DNA of 64,000 nucleotides from Eledone cirrhosa (Eukaryota): NCBI GenBank assembly GCA_964016885.1, contig OZ024744.1, positions 52,886,001 through 52,950,000 on the forward strand. Reading direction: 5' to 3'. The position numbers were made by a program, and so were the translations under genes. This document shows positions 12,861 to 25,160 of this stretch, piece by piece (position 1 is the stretch's first letter; each line of letters starts with the position of its first letter). The notes under the pieces are model-generated. The model was not told where the DNA came from and did no database searches. It saw only the letters and a list, made by a program, of their open reading frames with translations.

Positions 12861-12929
12861 GACAGATACGCACTTATATAGACACATACATAAGGGTTAT
12901 ATGAATTGCATATCTGTCATTGAATAAAT

Positions 12930-13095
12930 GTATTTATGTATCGGTGCATGTATGTGTGTCTAAGCATGTATACATATATATATATGGGTAAGATTGTGTG
13001 TATATATCCGTATGTGTATATGTGCGTAGGGTGCATGTATATCCGTATGTGTATATGTGAGTATGTGTATGTGTGTAGGGGTGCATGTATGTGCC

Positions 13096-13193
<98 letters not shown>

Positions 13194-14552
13194 TGTGTGT
13201 GTGTGTGTATATGTGAAGATATGCATGTATATATGGATGTGTTTGTTTGTATGTGTGATATGTCTGGATACGTGTATGCGTGCATATGTGTATATTTCTT
13301 TCTATGCATGTATTTAAGTCTTTATGTGTGTATATGTGTATGCATGTATGTATGCCTGTATGTATGAGTGTGCATAAGTGTATGTATTTATGCATGTATA
13401 TATGTGTATATTTATATGTATGTATATATGTGTATGTATGTATGTGTGTATGCATGTGTGTATGCGTGCATTTTTATATGTTTATGTATATATGTGTGTA
13501 TATATGTAAGCATGTGTTTGTATATGTATGCATGTGTGTATGTGTCTATATATGTATGCATCTGTTTGTATATGTATGTATGTATGAATGTATGTTTGTA
13601 TGTATGTACATATATGTGTGTATATGTGTGTATATATGTATATATTTATGGATGCATGCATGTGAAATAGTCAACTAATCATATATACAGTTATATTATT
13701 TACACAAACACACGCACATACACACACACTAATACATACAGCGATATATATTTACACCCTAACACACATACCTACACATATGCACACACACTCACACGTG
13801 AACACATTCAAACAGTCATATTGATTTACAGACACAGATGTACACAGATACACTTAGATACATAACCTCATATACACACACATACAGTCAGATTGATTTA
13901 CACCTCTATACACACACACACACTAAACCACACTGTTATTGATTGACATAGACATATGTACGAGTATATTCATATGCAAGTATCACCACCCGACACACAC
14001 ATACACACACATACACACTACGACACACTTTTACAAATTTACACAGACATATGTACGTATATATTCATATGCACAGACACATATATACAGACACACAAAC
14101 ATATACACACATACACACACCTACACACAGACACACACACATACACAAACACACACACCTACACACAAACACACAAACACACACACACACCTACAAAAAA
14201 TCCACACACCTACACACAAACACACACATATACACACAAACACACACAATCACACATACACAAACACAAGCACACCTACACACAGACACACACCTACACA
14301 AAACACACACATACAAACACACACACACACAGAAACACACACACCTACACACAAACACACATACACACACACCTACACACAAACACACAGACACACACAC
14401 ACACACATATATGTGTATATATATATATATATGTATACACACGCGCACCTACACAGACACACACACACACACATACCTACACAAAACACATACACACACA
14501 CAAACACACAAACACACACACCTACACACAAACACACATACACACACACACA

Positions 14553-14583
<31 letters not shown>

Positions 14584-14585
14584 GA
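12930..14585. repeat. Large compound microsatellite: TG/TATG-rich block followed by CA-rich block
   Basis: Directly visible; polarity switch near 13670-13700; all overlapping ORFs are low-complexity artefacts. Confidence 0.95.
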
Positions 14586-15779
14586 TTTATGGTTGACTTA
14601 AAGTGTTCTTTGACAATGTGTTAGGAAGTATAAGTATTAATCTGTGGGGAAAGTAACTGCTGCTTCATATCTCCATTCAACAGCTTTATAATTTCCAACA
14701 ATCTTTCACGTCCTTTCTAGCTACTTTTTATTGATTTCTTTCCACATTTAATTATAGTTGCAATCATTATATTTTTAACAGTAACCTTTTGTGTTTTAAT
14801 ATCTATCTCCATTGATATTTCCTCATTGTTTATCATTTTTCATTAGGTACCAGCTTTAAATGACATTTATTCATGATACTCTTTTATTTTTACTCTTATG
14901 TTTTTTTTGTTTTTTTTTTGTTTTTTTCAGTAGTCGTTGCAACTATCTCAAGTTGGCCTTGCTGGCGAACTGTTATGAACTTTTGCTATATTTTGTTTTA
15001 TTATAGTGGGTTCTTCTCATGATTGTTTCTGAATGATTTAGTTTGATTTCACTGTCTTTTATGTGTTTCATATGCTGCAATGTTGGTTCATCAGGAGTTG
15101 TATAAAAAAAAAAAGAGAATATTTAACCCTTTCACTATCATATTTCTAATAAAATACACAGCCTGTAATTTAAAAATAACTTTGAAAACAATCAAGAATT
15201 TGGAACCATTTGTTAGTATAACTATCTTATTAAGATGTATTTGGATAAATGAACAAAGGATCTTACATAATATTATGATGGGAGGCTTGTATTGTAATAT
15301 CAATGGCAATTTCAGGTAGTTTGGAATCAAAAGGGTTAAGTTTTGTTTGAAAGTGTTCAGTTATGCTTTATGCAGATCCCTTATATCTTTTTTAGCTAGC
15401 TTGCCCTTAGATATTCAAAATATTTGCAGTATATAATTGCTTATTCGATGAAGACATTTTGATTCTTCATGATTTTTAAAGAATAAAATGCTAGTACAAT
15501 TACGTGTGTCCATTGGAAAACAGACGTCCTAAAGTATCCAATAGATCACTTGAGGTTTTCTTTATCTCAGATAAATAATGAAATATCCAATGGGTTGCTA
15601 GATCTTTGATATCTCTGATGAGTCGTAGAATATCCATGGGATCTCTCGGGTGAATCAGGAAAAAGAGGAGATATTCTTAGAAAAACTAATACCAATTAGC
15701 ATACTATCTTTCTATTGAATTGATTATTCATCGCACTCATTTTTTTTTTGCACCTGTTTTCTATGCATGAGCTTATCTC

Positions 15780-15945
15780 GGTCTATTGTACTGGTAAACG
15801 AACGGCTGTACATAACACCTTGTACATACAGTTGAGCGACCTAGCCCAACGTAGAATGAAGTACGTTGCTGAAGAACATAACACATCACCCAGCCTAGGA
15901 ACTGAATTGAATCTACAATCTTATCATCGTGAATCCAACACTCTA
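15780..15945 (-). mobile_element. Diverged tRNA-derived SINE fragment
   Basis: aagtacgttgctgaagaacataac...gaatctacaatcttatcatcgtgaatccaacactcta, similar in layout to 7868-7945. Confidence 0.4.
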
Positions 15946-16299
15946 CACAATATATATCATTGTTCAAGAGAAAAGAAACTTACGTGCATAGGTATCTGCT
16001 TGTCTTTTATTAAAATACCTCTGGTTTGCAGAGGAACATTTCTCGTGTAGGTTCATTGCTTCTGATCATAAACAAATTGGTCAGTAGAAGACAGATTCGG
16101 TAGACTGCTGGACAAAATCCCTTGTTACTTTCTTCTACGTCCTTCTACATTACAAGGTCCAGGATTCCTAAGCCCTAAGTCCCCTTTGTGTAACTCTCAA
16201 ACAACGTACGAAGTGTCATCTATTCTTATATTTCTAAATCCTTTCTGTCAATTACCTACTAATATATGATACGCTTGTGTATTTGTCCGTCACAAGAGA

Positions 16300-16495
16300 T
16301 GACTGAGGAAGTAAGGGGTGATGACAAACTGAGAAAAGAAAGGTTGATAACGTCGACTGAGGAGGGAAAGGATGATAACGTCGACTGAGAAAGGAAGTGG
16401 TGATAACGTCGACTGAAGAAGCACGGGGTGTTAATGTCGACAGAGAAAAGAAGGGTGATAACGTCGACTTAGGAAGGAAGGGGTGGCAGCGTCCA
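16300..16495. repeat. 28-bp minisatellite with conserved TGATAACGTCGACTGA core
   Basis: Core starts at 16345, 16373, 16401, 16429 and 16456 (periods 28, 28, 28, 27), with degenerate flanking copies. Confidence 0.85.
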
Positions 16496-17471
16496 ATATT
16501 CGCTACATCTCTGTGTATCTATATGTATAGCGAATTGGCTACACACATTGGCTGTTATGATTATGTGTGTGTGTGTATATGTGTGTATGTGTAAATTATA
16601 TTTATATATAATATTTGTGTGAGTGTATATGTGTTTTTAAATAAACACACAAAATCACAGAGAAACTATAGAAGTCCAGCGTTCTCAAATTGGTCACAGC
16701 TGTGTGTGTGTGTTTGTATCACTTGTGTGATATTACTATTAGCCGTAACTTTTGACGGCACGGGGCCAACTAGTACTTTGTATTCTACATTACTTCTTAT
16801 GTTATTTTTCATACACAAAATGGCAGTGGATGCTAAATCCTTGAGTAAAATGTTTAAACTTTTTACAAGATGCTCCTGTATATCAACCTTTCTTCCCACA
16901 GCTTAATCTCACTTATGCCCCTTTTATCCAAAGTTATATTTTTTTTCATAACTATTTAAAGGCTTACTTCGCATTTACAGCACCACGCATACAACAATAT
17001 TTATTTTTCTATGTCCCGAAAATATATAGACAGGTTTAGTTTTCATCTTTAGCAAAGAGCTTCATCATGGATACACACAAATGCTTGACCGCAAGGCAAT
17101 ATTATGTTAAGTTGTAAATAATACAGAAATTTATTCCATATAGAAGCAGACATTCCCCACAAATGGTCCTTTAATTATATATTTCCTTATTATGATATTG
17201 CTTCCGTGAACACATGCTTGACGAATTCGAAGAATGGTAGAAGTTTCAGAGGACCGTCTAAAAAGAGGAAATTTTCAGAGTAAGTTGAGGTCTGTGGAAA
17301 ACAATCAATGTAAAATGATCTGTCCGAGTGACGTAACGTAATCCCAGCAAAGGAGTTGATAAATAGAAACGTCTAGCTACTAAATACCACTTTCTTCACA
17401 CACATTACACACATTCATGCATACATACATTCACACATGCAACATACTCACATGCGTACATATATACATAC

Positions 17472-18082
17472 ATGGTGGCTGCCAACTCGTTTTCGAGTAC
17501 GGCCACTACTTTATATCCATGTAGGAGAACCCCTACCGATGCGCTGAACGAGTGTGACTTTTTAGTCCAGCCAGCGACTTGAAAACTCTGGTACAAACAC
17601 TACACTTGTGACAATTATTGACACATAGGGCTGGGCCCATGGTACCATGTGACGACAAGTGCAGAGAGATCTCCAGATATAAAGCAATGCCTGTGCCGTG
17701 AAGCTTTTATAGTGAGCAAAGGCACTGCACAAAGCCAGTCCCACTCTCTTAACCAAGATGATATTTACCAAAAAGAAGAACAAGTCAACATCATTGGATA
17801 CCATCAGGGTTGCAGGTGTTATATCAGAGTTTTCCTTCTCCTAGAATTCTGCCTTGACAAAGGCTAAGGAGTCATCTCTCCCGGTGATTTTGGATGGCCA
17901 TTGACTCTTAAGAGCTCCTTTGCCCTTTGACAGGTTTTGTTTTTAGTCCTGCAGGATGTCCACTGTTACCCTCCTCACCAAGAAACCTTGGTGGGGTTGC
18001 CAGTTTAGTCGCCAACGACCCGACCATGGGACAGGTTGTACTGGGATACATGTTACCAGTAGCACCAACTGGTGACCTGACA
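17472..18082 (-). mobile_element. ~610 bp non-autonomous RTE-derived element (RTE-type 5' UTR joined to an RTE-type 3' end)
   Basis: Reverse complement has the RTE/RTEX leader motif aaggca...ctaggagaaggaaaactct and ends ctcg-aaaa-cgag ttggcagccaccat(gtat)n, resembling the RTE 3' end catc-tgcaaa-gatg aagcaatcaccat. Microsatellite on both sides, no coding homology seen. Confidence 0.55.
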
Positions 18083-18187
18083 TATACATATATATATATA
18101 TATATATACGTACATAGATATATACATACGTACATACATGCGTACATACATACATACAGACATACATATATACACACATACATATAG

Positions 18188-21100
18188 TCAGTCAGCGCGT
18201 AAGTAGCATATTTTGGTGTGGGAGACTATTTATTAAATTTAAAATGAATACTATCTCCGACAGTAATGCCACAACTACAGCCATGTTGAATAACTGGTTA
18301 TTCTTCTAACTATATCTTCTTAAGACACCTTTTATTCGAATTCGTAGAGATATCCGACTAAATACATAATTCATTTTACAAGGATTTGCTACAAACAGCA
18401 TGGCTGAACACAACATCAACAACAACAATATCAGTGGAATACCGAAGATAAACGAGAAAGGTAAACAACATTTATTCAGTTGTAGCTACAGAAGAAACCG
18501 AAATTATAAATCGCATTTCTCTTGAAGCTACGAACTTTCGTCAATTACAGGTAATGAAATATTACGTGTTATTGACGAAATATTTACGACGGATAAAACC
18601 CCCAACTTTTTGGCAAATCAACGCCTCTTTATATGCCTTAGCAACGACAGTGAAGCATTATCTTGGTGATAGCAGAGATATTAATAAGAATAAAAACCAC
18701 CAAAAATACCATCATATATAACTAAAGTAGAAAGAAAGATTGCTGACATACGAAAAACCATAGGATATGTGACAATGCACCTTACATGCAAACAAACACA
18801 AAAACCCTCACTCCTCACCAACGAAGAGTGAAAAATGAAATAGAGACGATGTTTGGTAACAGTAGAACCAGAACTATTTAATATAAGCTGATCACCCTCA
18901 AACAAGAATTGAGAGCTGTTAGCGAAAAACGCCGATACCCGAAGAAGGTAGATGAGAGAAAAGTGCTTAATAAAAGATTCAGACGAAACCAAACATCAGT
19001 CTATAGAGATATGACGGGCAAAATAATAAGTGTCACTGAGGCCCCATCCCAGGAAGACATAGATTCCTTTTGGGGATAAATATGGGGTGAAAAGAATTTC
19101 AACCGAGATGCAGTGTGGTTAAAAGAAATCCGAAAGAACTATTGCTCCTACACTACAACAGAATAATACGAAATAAGTGAGGATACCTTTGAGACTGTGA
19201 TAGGAAAACTCCAACATAAGAAAGTACCAGGAAGTGACATGTTTGTCGGCTCCTGGTACAAATAACTGATATTCTATCGGAGGTATCTTACTGACCTCTA
19301 CCAACAAGTTCTTAAGGGAGATACACTTATACCAGAATGGTTGACATTAGCACAAACATTACTGGTCCCCAAGAACAAAGACACCCACTTGGCAAAAAAC
19401 TACCGACCCATTGCATGCCAGAACCTGATGTATAAGATGTATACAGCCTGCCTGAACCTATTCCTCCAAGATCAATGTGAAAATAAGAACATCATCACAG
19501 ATGAACAAGCAGCTGGAAAGAAAGGGGTTTGGGCATGTGCTGAACAACTCCTAATGAACAAAACTGCAATGTCGGAGGTGCGACAACTTAGGAGGAATAT
19601 GACTACAGTCTGGCTGGTCTAGAGAAGTAGGACTCTATTTTCACTGATAAAATAAAATATCGCAGGGATATATTTCAGGGAGACAGTCTCTCTCTGTGAT
19701 GTTATTCATCCTGTCATTAAACCCTTGTCCTTTCTGCTCAAGAATTGTGAGGGATACATCATTGGCTCACAGGAGGACAGAAATACGAACCTAACCCATA
19801 ATTTACTTGTGGACGATCTGAAACTCTATGCCAAGAACATGGATGGGATGAAGAAAAATCTTGACCTGGTTACAACGTTCTCAAAGGATATAGGAATGGA
19901 GTTTGGCCAAGATAAATGCTCATACATGATTGTAAAGCGGGGGAAAAACAACAACCCAATCTAGCAACATTGTCATCAGTGGCCTAACTGTTTCACCGAT
20001 ATCTGATGAGGACTACTACAGATACCTGGGGATAGACGAGAACATATCCTATAATGGTATATCTAATAAGGAACGAGTAACCAGGTAATACTACACTCGA
20101 ATAAGAAAGATCTGGTCATCGGAACCCACTGCGCAAAAAAAAACAGTGGCTCATAATGTGTTTGCTGTGCCTGTCCTAACACCAACGTTTGGAATACTGA
20201 ATTGGACGATATACGAAATCAGAACAATTGATGTTAGAACTAGAAAAATACTAAACAACACCGGAAACTTCCACATCAACAGTGACATAGACCGCCTTTA
20301 CTTGAAACGTAGGCAGGGAGGCAGAGGCCTAACATCAGTCCAGACAATATTTGAATGTAGCATCATATCTCCCCGACAACATCTACGAACCTCGAAGCGT
20401 AGGAGCCCGCTTCTCGAGCAAGTCTATCTGCATGAAACAGATAAGATCATGAGAGTTGGGAAGGAACTCCTTGAGAGATATTCCCTGTGGGATAATCAAA
20501 ATCTCACACCTAGGGAAGTTCCTCAGCAGTATCGCAGTGAATCCATGGATGAAAAACTGCATGCTTATCAGCAAAAAAATTATGCATGGTTATGTTGCCA
20601 GGAAGCTCAAGAGTGAGAGTAATATAGATATGAAAAGTAGTCTATCTTGGACCAACAACCGCTATATTGGCTCCCACTTTGAAGGATACGCTTTTGCAAT
20701 CCAAGAACAGGAGATTAACACGAAATACCTGATTCACAAAAGAGATAGGGATGTAGGCAAAACACCTAGATGTGATAACAAGTGTAGACTCTGCAGAACT
20801 AACATCGAAGATGTCACCCATGTCATCAGCAGCTGTCCAAAGATGTCATCGCGGTACTATCTACCTATGAGGCATGATGTAGTGGCCAAAACACTGTACG
20901 ATGCAATCCGTAGAAAAGATAGCCCCGATAATAAACACATTAAAAGCTACAGCAATGTGGAAGACATACATATACATAATACGAAGCAGTACTGTTGGAA
21001 TGTTCCAGTAAAAACCCCAATAAAATGCGGGTATAACAGACCTGATAGTATGATATGGGACAGGGAAAAGAAAGCATGCGCAGTAGTGGAAGTTACCTGC

Positions 21101-21615
21101 ACAGCAGATGCAAATATTATATCAAAGATTAGAGAAAAGGAGAATATTTATGAAGAACTGATGAGAAATCTGCAGATACTTCACCCTGATTACACCTTCA
21201 GATTTATGCCTGTGATTATTGGGGCACTGGGGTATGTTAGTAACTGCCTCAATACAAATCTTGAGAAGCTAGGCTTCCAAGGAACAGAAAGAACACAACT
21301 AGTTAGGAAATTACAAGTACAATCCATTAATGGAACAGTAAAAATATGCAAAACATTTCAAAAAGTTTGCATCTAATAACTGCATATACACATGTACAGA
21401 TACTAAGCAGATACACATGCACACGTACAACTCAAAACATCCACATCCACACATACAATAACATCCATATCTACACATACATGCATGCATACATAATCTA
21501 CCTAGTTGATGTTGTGTAAATTCCAATGAGGGAGTCTTGTGTCTATGTTAGAAACTGACTCTCTCTCTATTGGTAAAACTTTGTGAAATTATAAAACCAG
21601 AAGTACATACATACA
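18188..21615 (+). mobile_element. R4/Dong-clade non-LTR retrotransposon with both ends present, inactivated
   Basis: Probable ATG at 18400. Motifs WQINASLYALA, LLVPK..NYRPIACQNLMYK, GIFQGDSLS, HNLLVDDLKLY, GMEFGQDKC, YRYLG, DIDRLYL.R..GGRGL, CCHC, RPD/REL. Deletion inside RT near 19620, several stops and frameshifts, (TACA)n at both ends. Confidence 0.92.
20456..21376 (+). pseudogene. Open C-terminal segment of the R4/Dong ORF: CCHC zinc knuckle plus restriction-like endonuclease
   Basis: AIQEQEINTK, CRLCRTNIEDVTHVISSC, RHDVVAK, NRPD, VVEVTC, MPVIIGALG; homologous frame starts ~20580. Confidence 0.9.
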
Positions 21616-21616
21616 A

Positions 21617-22010
21617 AATGGTAGCATCTCGGTTCGAAAATTGCCTTTCCTTCCCCTTTTTCTCATATATGGCTGGTACGAACATTACTTTTAAGCCCTT
21701 CCAAGGACTTAAATTCTTTTTTGTATATGTTGCAGCGAAATTGCCATGTTCAAGCAATATAGGTGAAAGTAGTTTCGATCAAGTGATACCTGTGCTTGAA
21801 GCTTTTTTAAGTGAAGAAAATCCTTGCACTGGACCAACCCTACTCTCTGCACAACAGGGAAATGTATCCAAAAGGTAGAACGGGTCAACATCATTGACTT
21901 TTATCAGGTCATAAGGTTTTACATCAAAGTTTCCCTTCTTGAATGATGACCTAACAAGAAGTAGGGGTCTCTAATTCCAGGTGGGCTAATCAAGCGCTCG
22001 GGCACCAAAT
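21617..22010 (-). mobile_element. Diverged member of the RTE-derived non-autonomous family, tail-to-tail with the R4 element
   Basis: 21820-21990 aligns with 17720-17885; the 3' end runs into the shared (TACA)n. Confidence 0.5.
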
Positions 22011-22287
22011 ATTCATACATACATGCGTACATGCATACATTCATGCATTCACACATACATACATGCATACATACATTAATACATACATACATACATATAT
22101 ATTTACATGGTACGGTATGGTCCAGTAACTCATGATGGAATTGAAGGGGCGCCGTACTGACACAGAGAGTTTCATGGGCATCTTAAGCATGGTCAAGCTC
22201 TCCCCTTTTTAGACCTGACTGCAGCAGTTTTCTTCCGGTAAAGGATAGATAGTGAGGTAGTGGAAGTGAAAAAGAGATCCAGAGGAA

Positions 22288-22350
22288 GAATCGATCCCAG
22301 TACTAGACTGGTACATTTTATTGAGAAAGGATGAAAGGTAAAGTTGACCG
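22288..22350 (-). mobile_element. Octopus-type SINE fragment
   Basis: aatcgatcccagtactagactggtac...aaaggatgaaaggtaaagttgacc is reverse-complement homologous to 24355-24420. Confidence 0.65.
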
Positions 22351-22552
22351 GAATGAACACCACAAAGTACTATATCCATGCACAATATGTTTATGTAGAA
22401 CATACATACACATAGTATCGCTGTGTGTATGTTATGCTGCGATCACATCACAGTTTCCTCCATTTACATGTAAAAGCATTGTGTGCATGTATTTCAAGAT
22501 TCACATGCGTCATTAATACCACTTACTTACTATTGGACACTCTGGTATAGAA

Positions 22553-22950
<398 letters not shown>

Positions 22951-23644
22951 CAAGGTTTCTCAACCCATTTCGGCCCCTCGAAATCACGAAACGCCTCCCC
23001 ACCCTACTCTATTTTTCCATTTTTCAATATATTACTGATTTTGATATCAGTAGATTACTGGGCCAAATCAAGTTATGTTAGAATCTTTTAAAAAATCTTT
23101 AAAAAGTACTCGTACGAATTGAATACAATAAAGTTTCAGTCCAAAACAAAAGCAAGCTATTTCAAATTATATATTTTTGAAAAATAGACGTGAATGTTCT
23201 GAAAGATTTGATCTCAGTCGAAAAGCTTTTTTTTTTAAATTCTATATTTCACTGTTAGCTGTTGTAATATTTTGAGTGGATAGACAATTCTACAATTCAA
23301 ACTGTAAAGTCAAAATATAAAAGATGCAAAATAGGAAGAAATTCTTACCTTTCTCTTGCATCACAAACTCAAGGGAAAAATAGTACCTTGCAAAATAAAG
23401 TGCCTCGATCACAAATTTAGTTGCAACGAATGAATTGAGATGCTTAGTGACAGTGACCAAACAATATCTGTATCCCTTATATATATATACATAGAAAGAT
23501 ACACACACACACACAAACAAACTTGTGTGCGTGTGTCTGTGTGTGCCTTGTTCTTTGGTACAGAAAGAATTTTGTCTCCTGTTTTTATTGCCGGGTCAAA
23601 GGCCTCAGCTCTTTTCAAAAACGTCAAATAACAACGCCATATAT

Positions 23645-23676
<32 letters not shown>

Positions 23677-23740
23677 GCAAAAGTTTTAAAATTGTTGGGT
23701 TACAACGAGTAAATATTTTATAACTGATATAAAGCACTCA

Positions 23741-24084
<344 letters not shown>

Positions 24085-24262
24085 CGAGAGACAGGGAGAA
24101 AGAAAGAGAGACAGAGAGAGTAAGACGTGTGTGTGCGTTTGGTACATGTCTATCTCTCTATCTATCTCTCCAACAGGGATCTCAAACATGCGGCCCGCGA
24201 ACTACTTTTCTATGGCCCGTGGTGGAACCAATATTTCAGATTCCATTATAACTGGTGAAAAT

Positions 24263-24473
24263 AAGGCAGTGAGCTGGTGAAATCGTTAGCACATCTGGCG
24301 AAATGCTTAGCGGTACTTCCTTTTTTATGTTCCAAGTTCAAATTCTACCGATCTCAACTTTGCCTTTCATCCTTTTGGGATCGATAGATTAAGTACCAGT
24401 TGTGACCTGGGATCGATGTAATCGACGGGACCCTAAACCCTAAATTTCATGCCTTGTGCCTATAGTAGAAATG
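24263..24473 (+). mobile_element. Full-length tRNA-derived octopus-type SINE with 18-bp target-site duplication
   Basis: A-box-like gagctggtgaaatcg, B box gttcaaattc, family core; TSD attataactggtgaaaat at 24245-24262 and 24474-24491. Confidence 0.85.
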
Positions 24474-24609
24474 ATTATAACTGGTGAAAATCATCACCCA
24501 CCACCACGTTTGGCCCACTGTGCCTCTCCTCCAGGACGTAATGACCCTTTTATGTCCTTGAGATTGAGACCCCTCTTCTACACACACACGCATATATATA
24601 CACTTTACT

Positions 24610-24860
24610 TTTTTTCTGTATCTGGACTACGCCCATGCTGGAGCATCACCTTAGTAAGTTATGGGGACGTCAACAAATCAACAAGCATTGGTGGGAGGAC
24701 AAACACAAACGCAAAGAAACACACAGACATATATACATATATACGACAGCCTTCTTTTAGTTTCGGTCTATCAAATCCACTCACAGGGCTTTGGTCGGCC
24801 CGGGCAGTGGGACTGAACCCGGAAACATGTGGTTGGAAATCAAGCTTCTTGTCACACTGC
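24610..24860 (-). mobile_element. Second tRNA-derived SINE family, internally deleted
   Basis: Reverse complement gcagtgtgacaagaagcttg...ccggGTTCAGTCCcactg...gggccgaccaaagcc.tgtgagtggatttg. Confidence 0.65.
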
Positions 24861-25098
24861 GCATACATACGTGTGTATGTGTGTGTGTGTGTGTGTGTGT
24901 TATCAAATTAACAATGAAAACAAAAAGAACAAAGTCAAGTTCCTTTATAACTTTGTTTTTATTGTTATTGTTAATTTAATACCTAATATCTGACTCTCTA
25001 TCTAAAGAATTAATTCAGCGAAACACAGAACTTCTCTATGGATTTTACAAGATTACATTGAGTTCTATCCAGAGGTAGACCAGACTGAAAAGAGAAAA

Positions 25099-25150
<52 letters not shown>

Positions 25151-25160
25151 TATATATATA

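Noticed and set aside
15055-15100. Minus-strand CTGATGA...GAAAcacata hammerhead-like core
   Set aside because: Stems I and II do not pair; at best a badly decayed relic
15608-15676. atatct-CTGATGA...GAAA...agatat hammerhead-like pattern
   Set aside because: No credible stem II or III and no UH cleavage site
16300-16495. CRISPR-like repeat/spacer appearance
   Set aside because: Linkers are only ~12 nt, low-complexity and related to each other; eukaryotic context without cas genes
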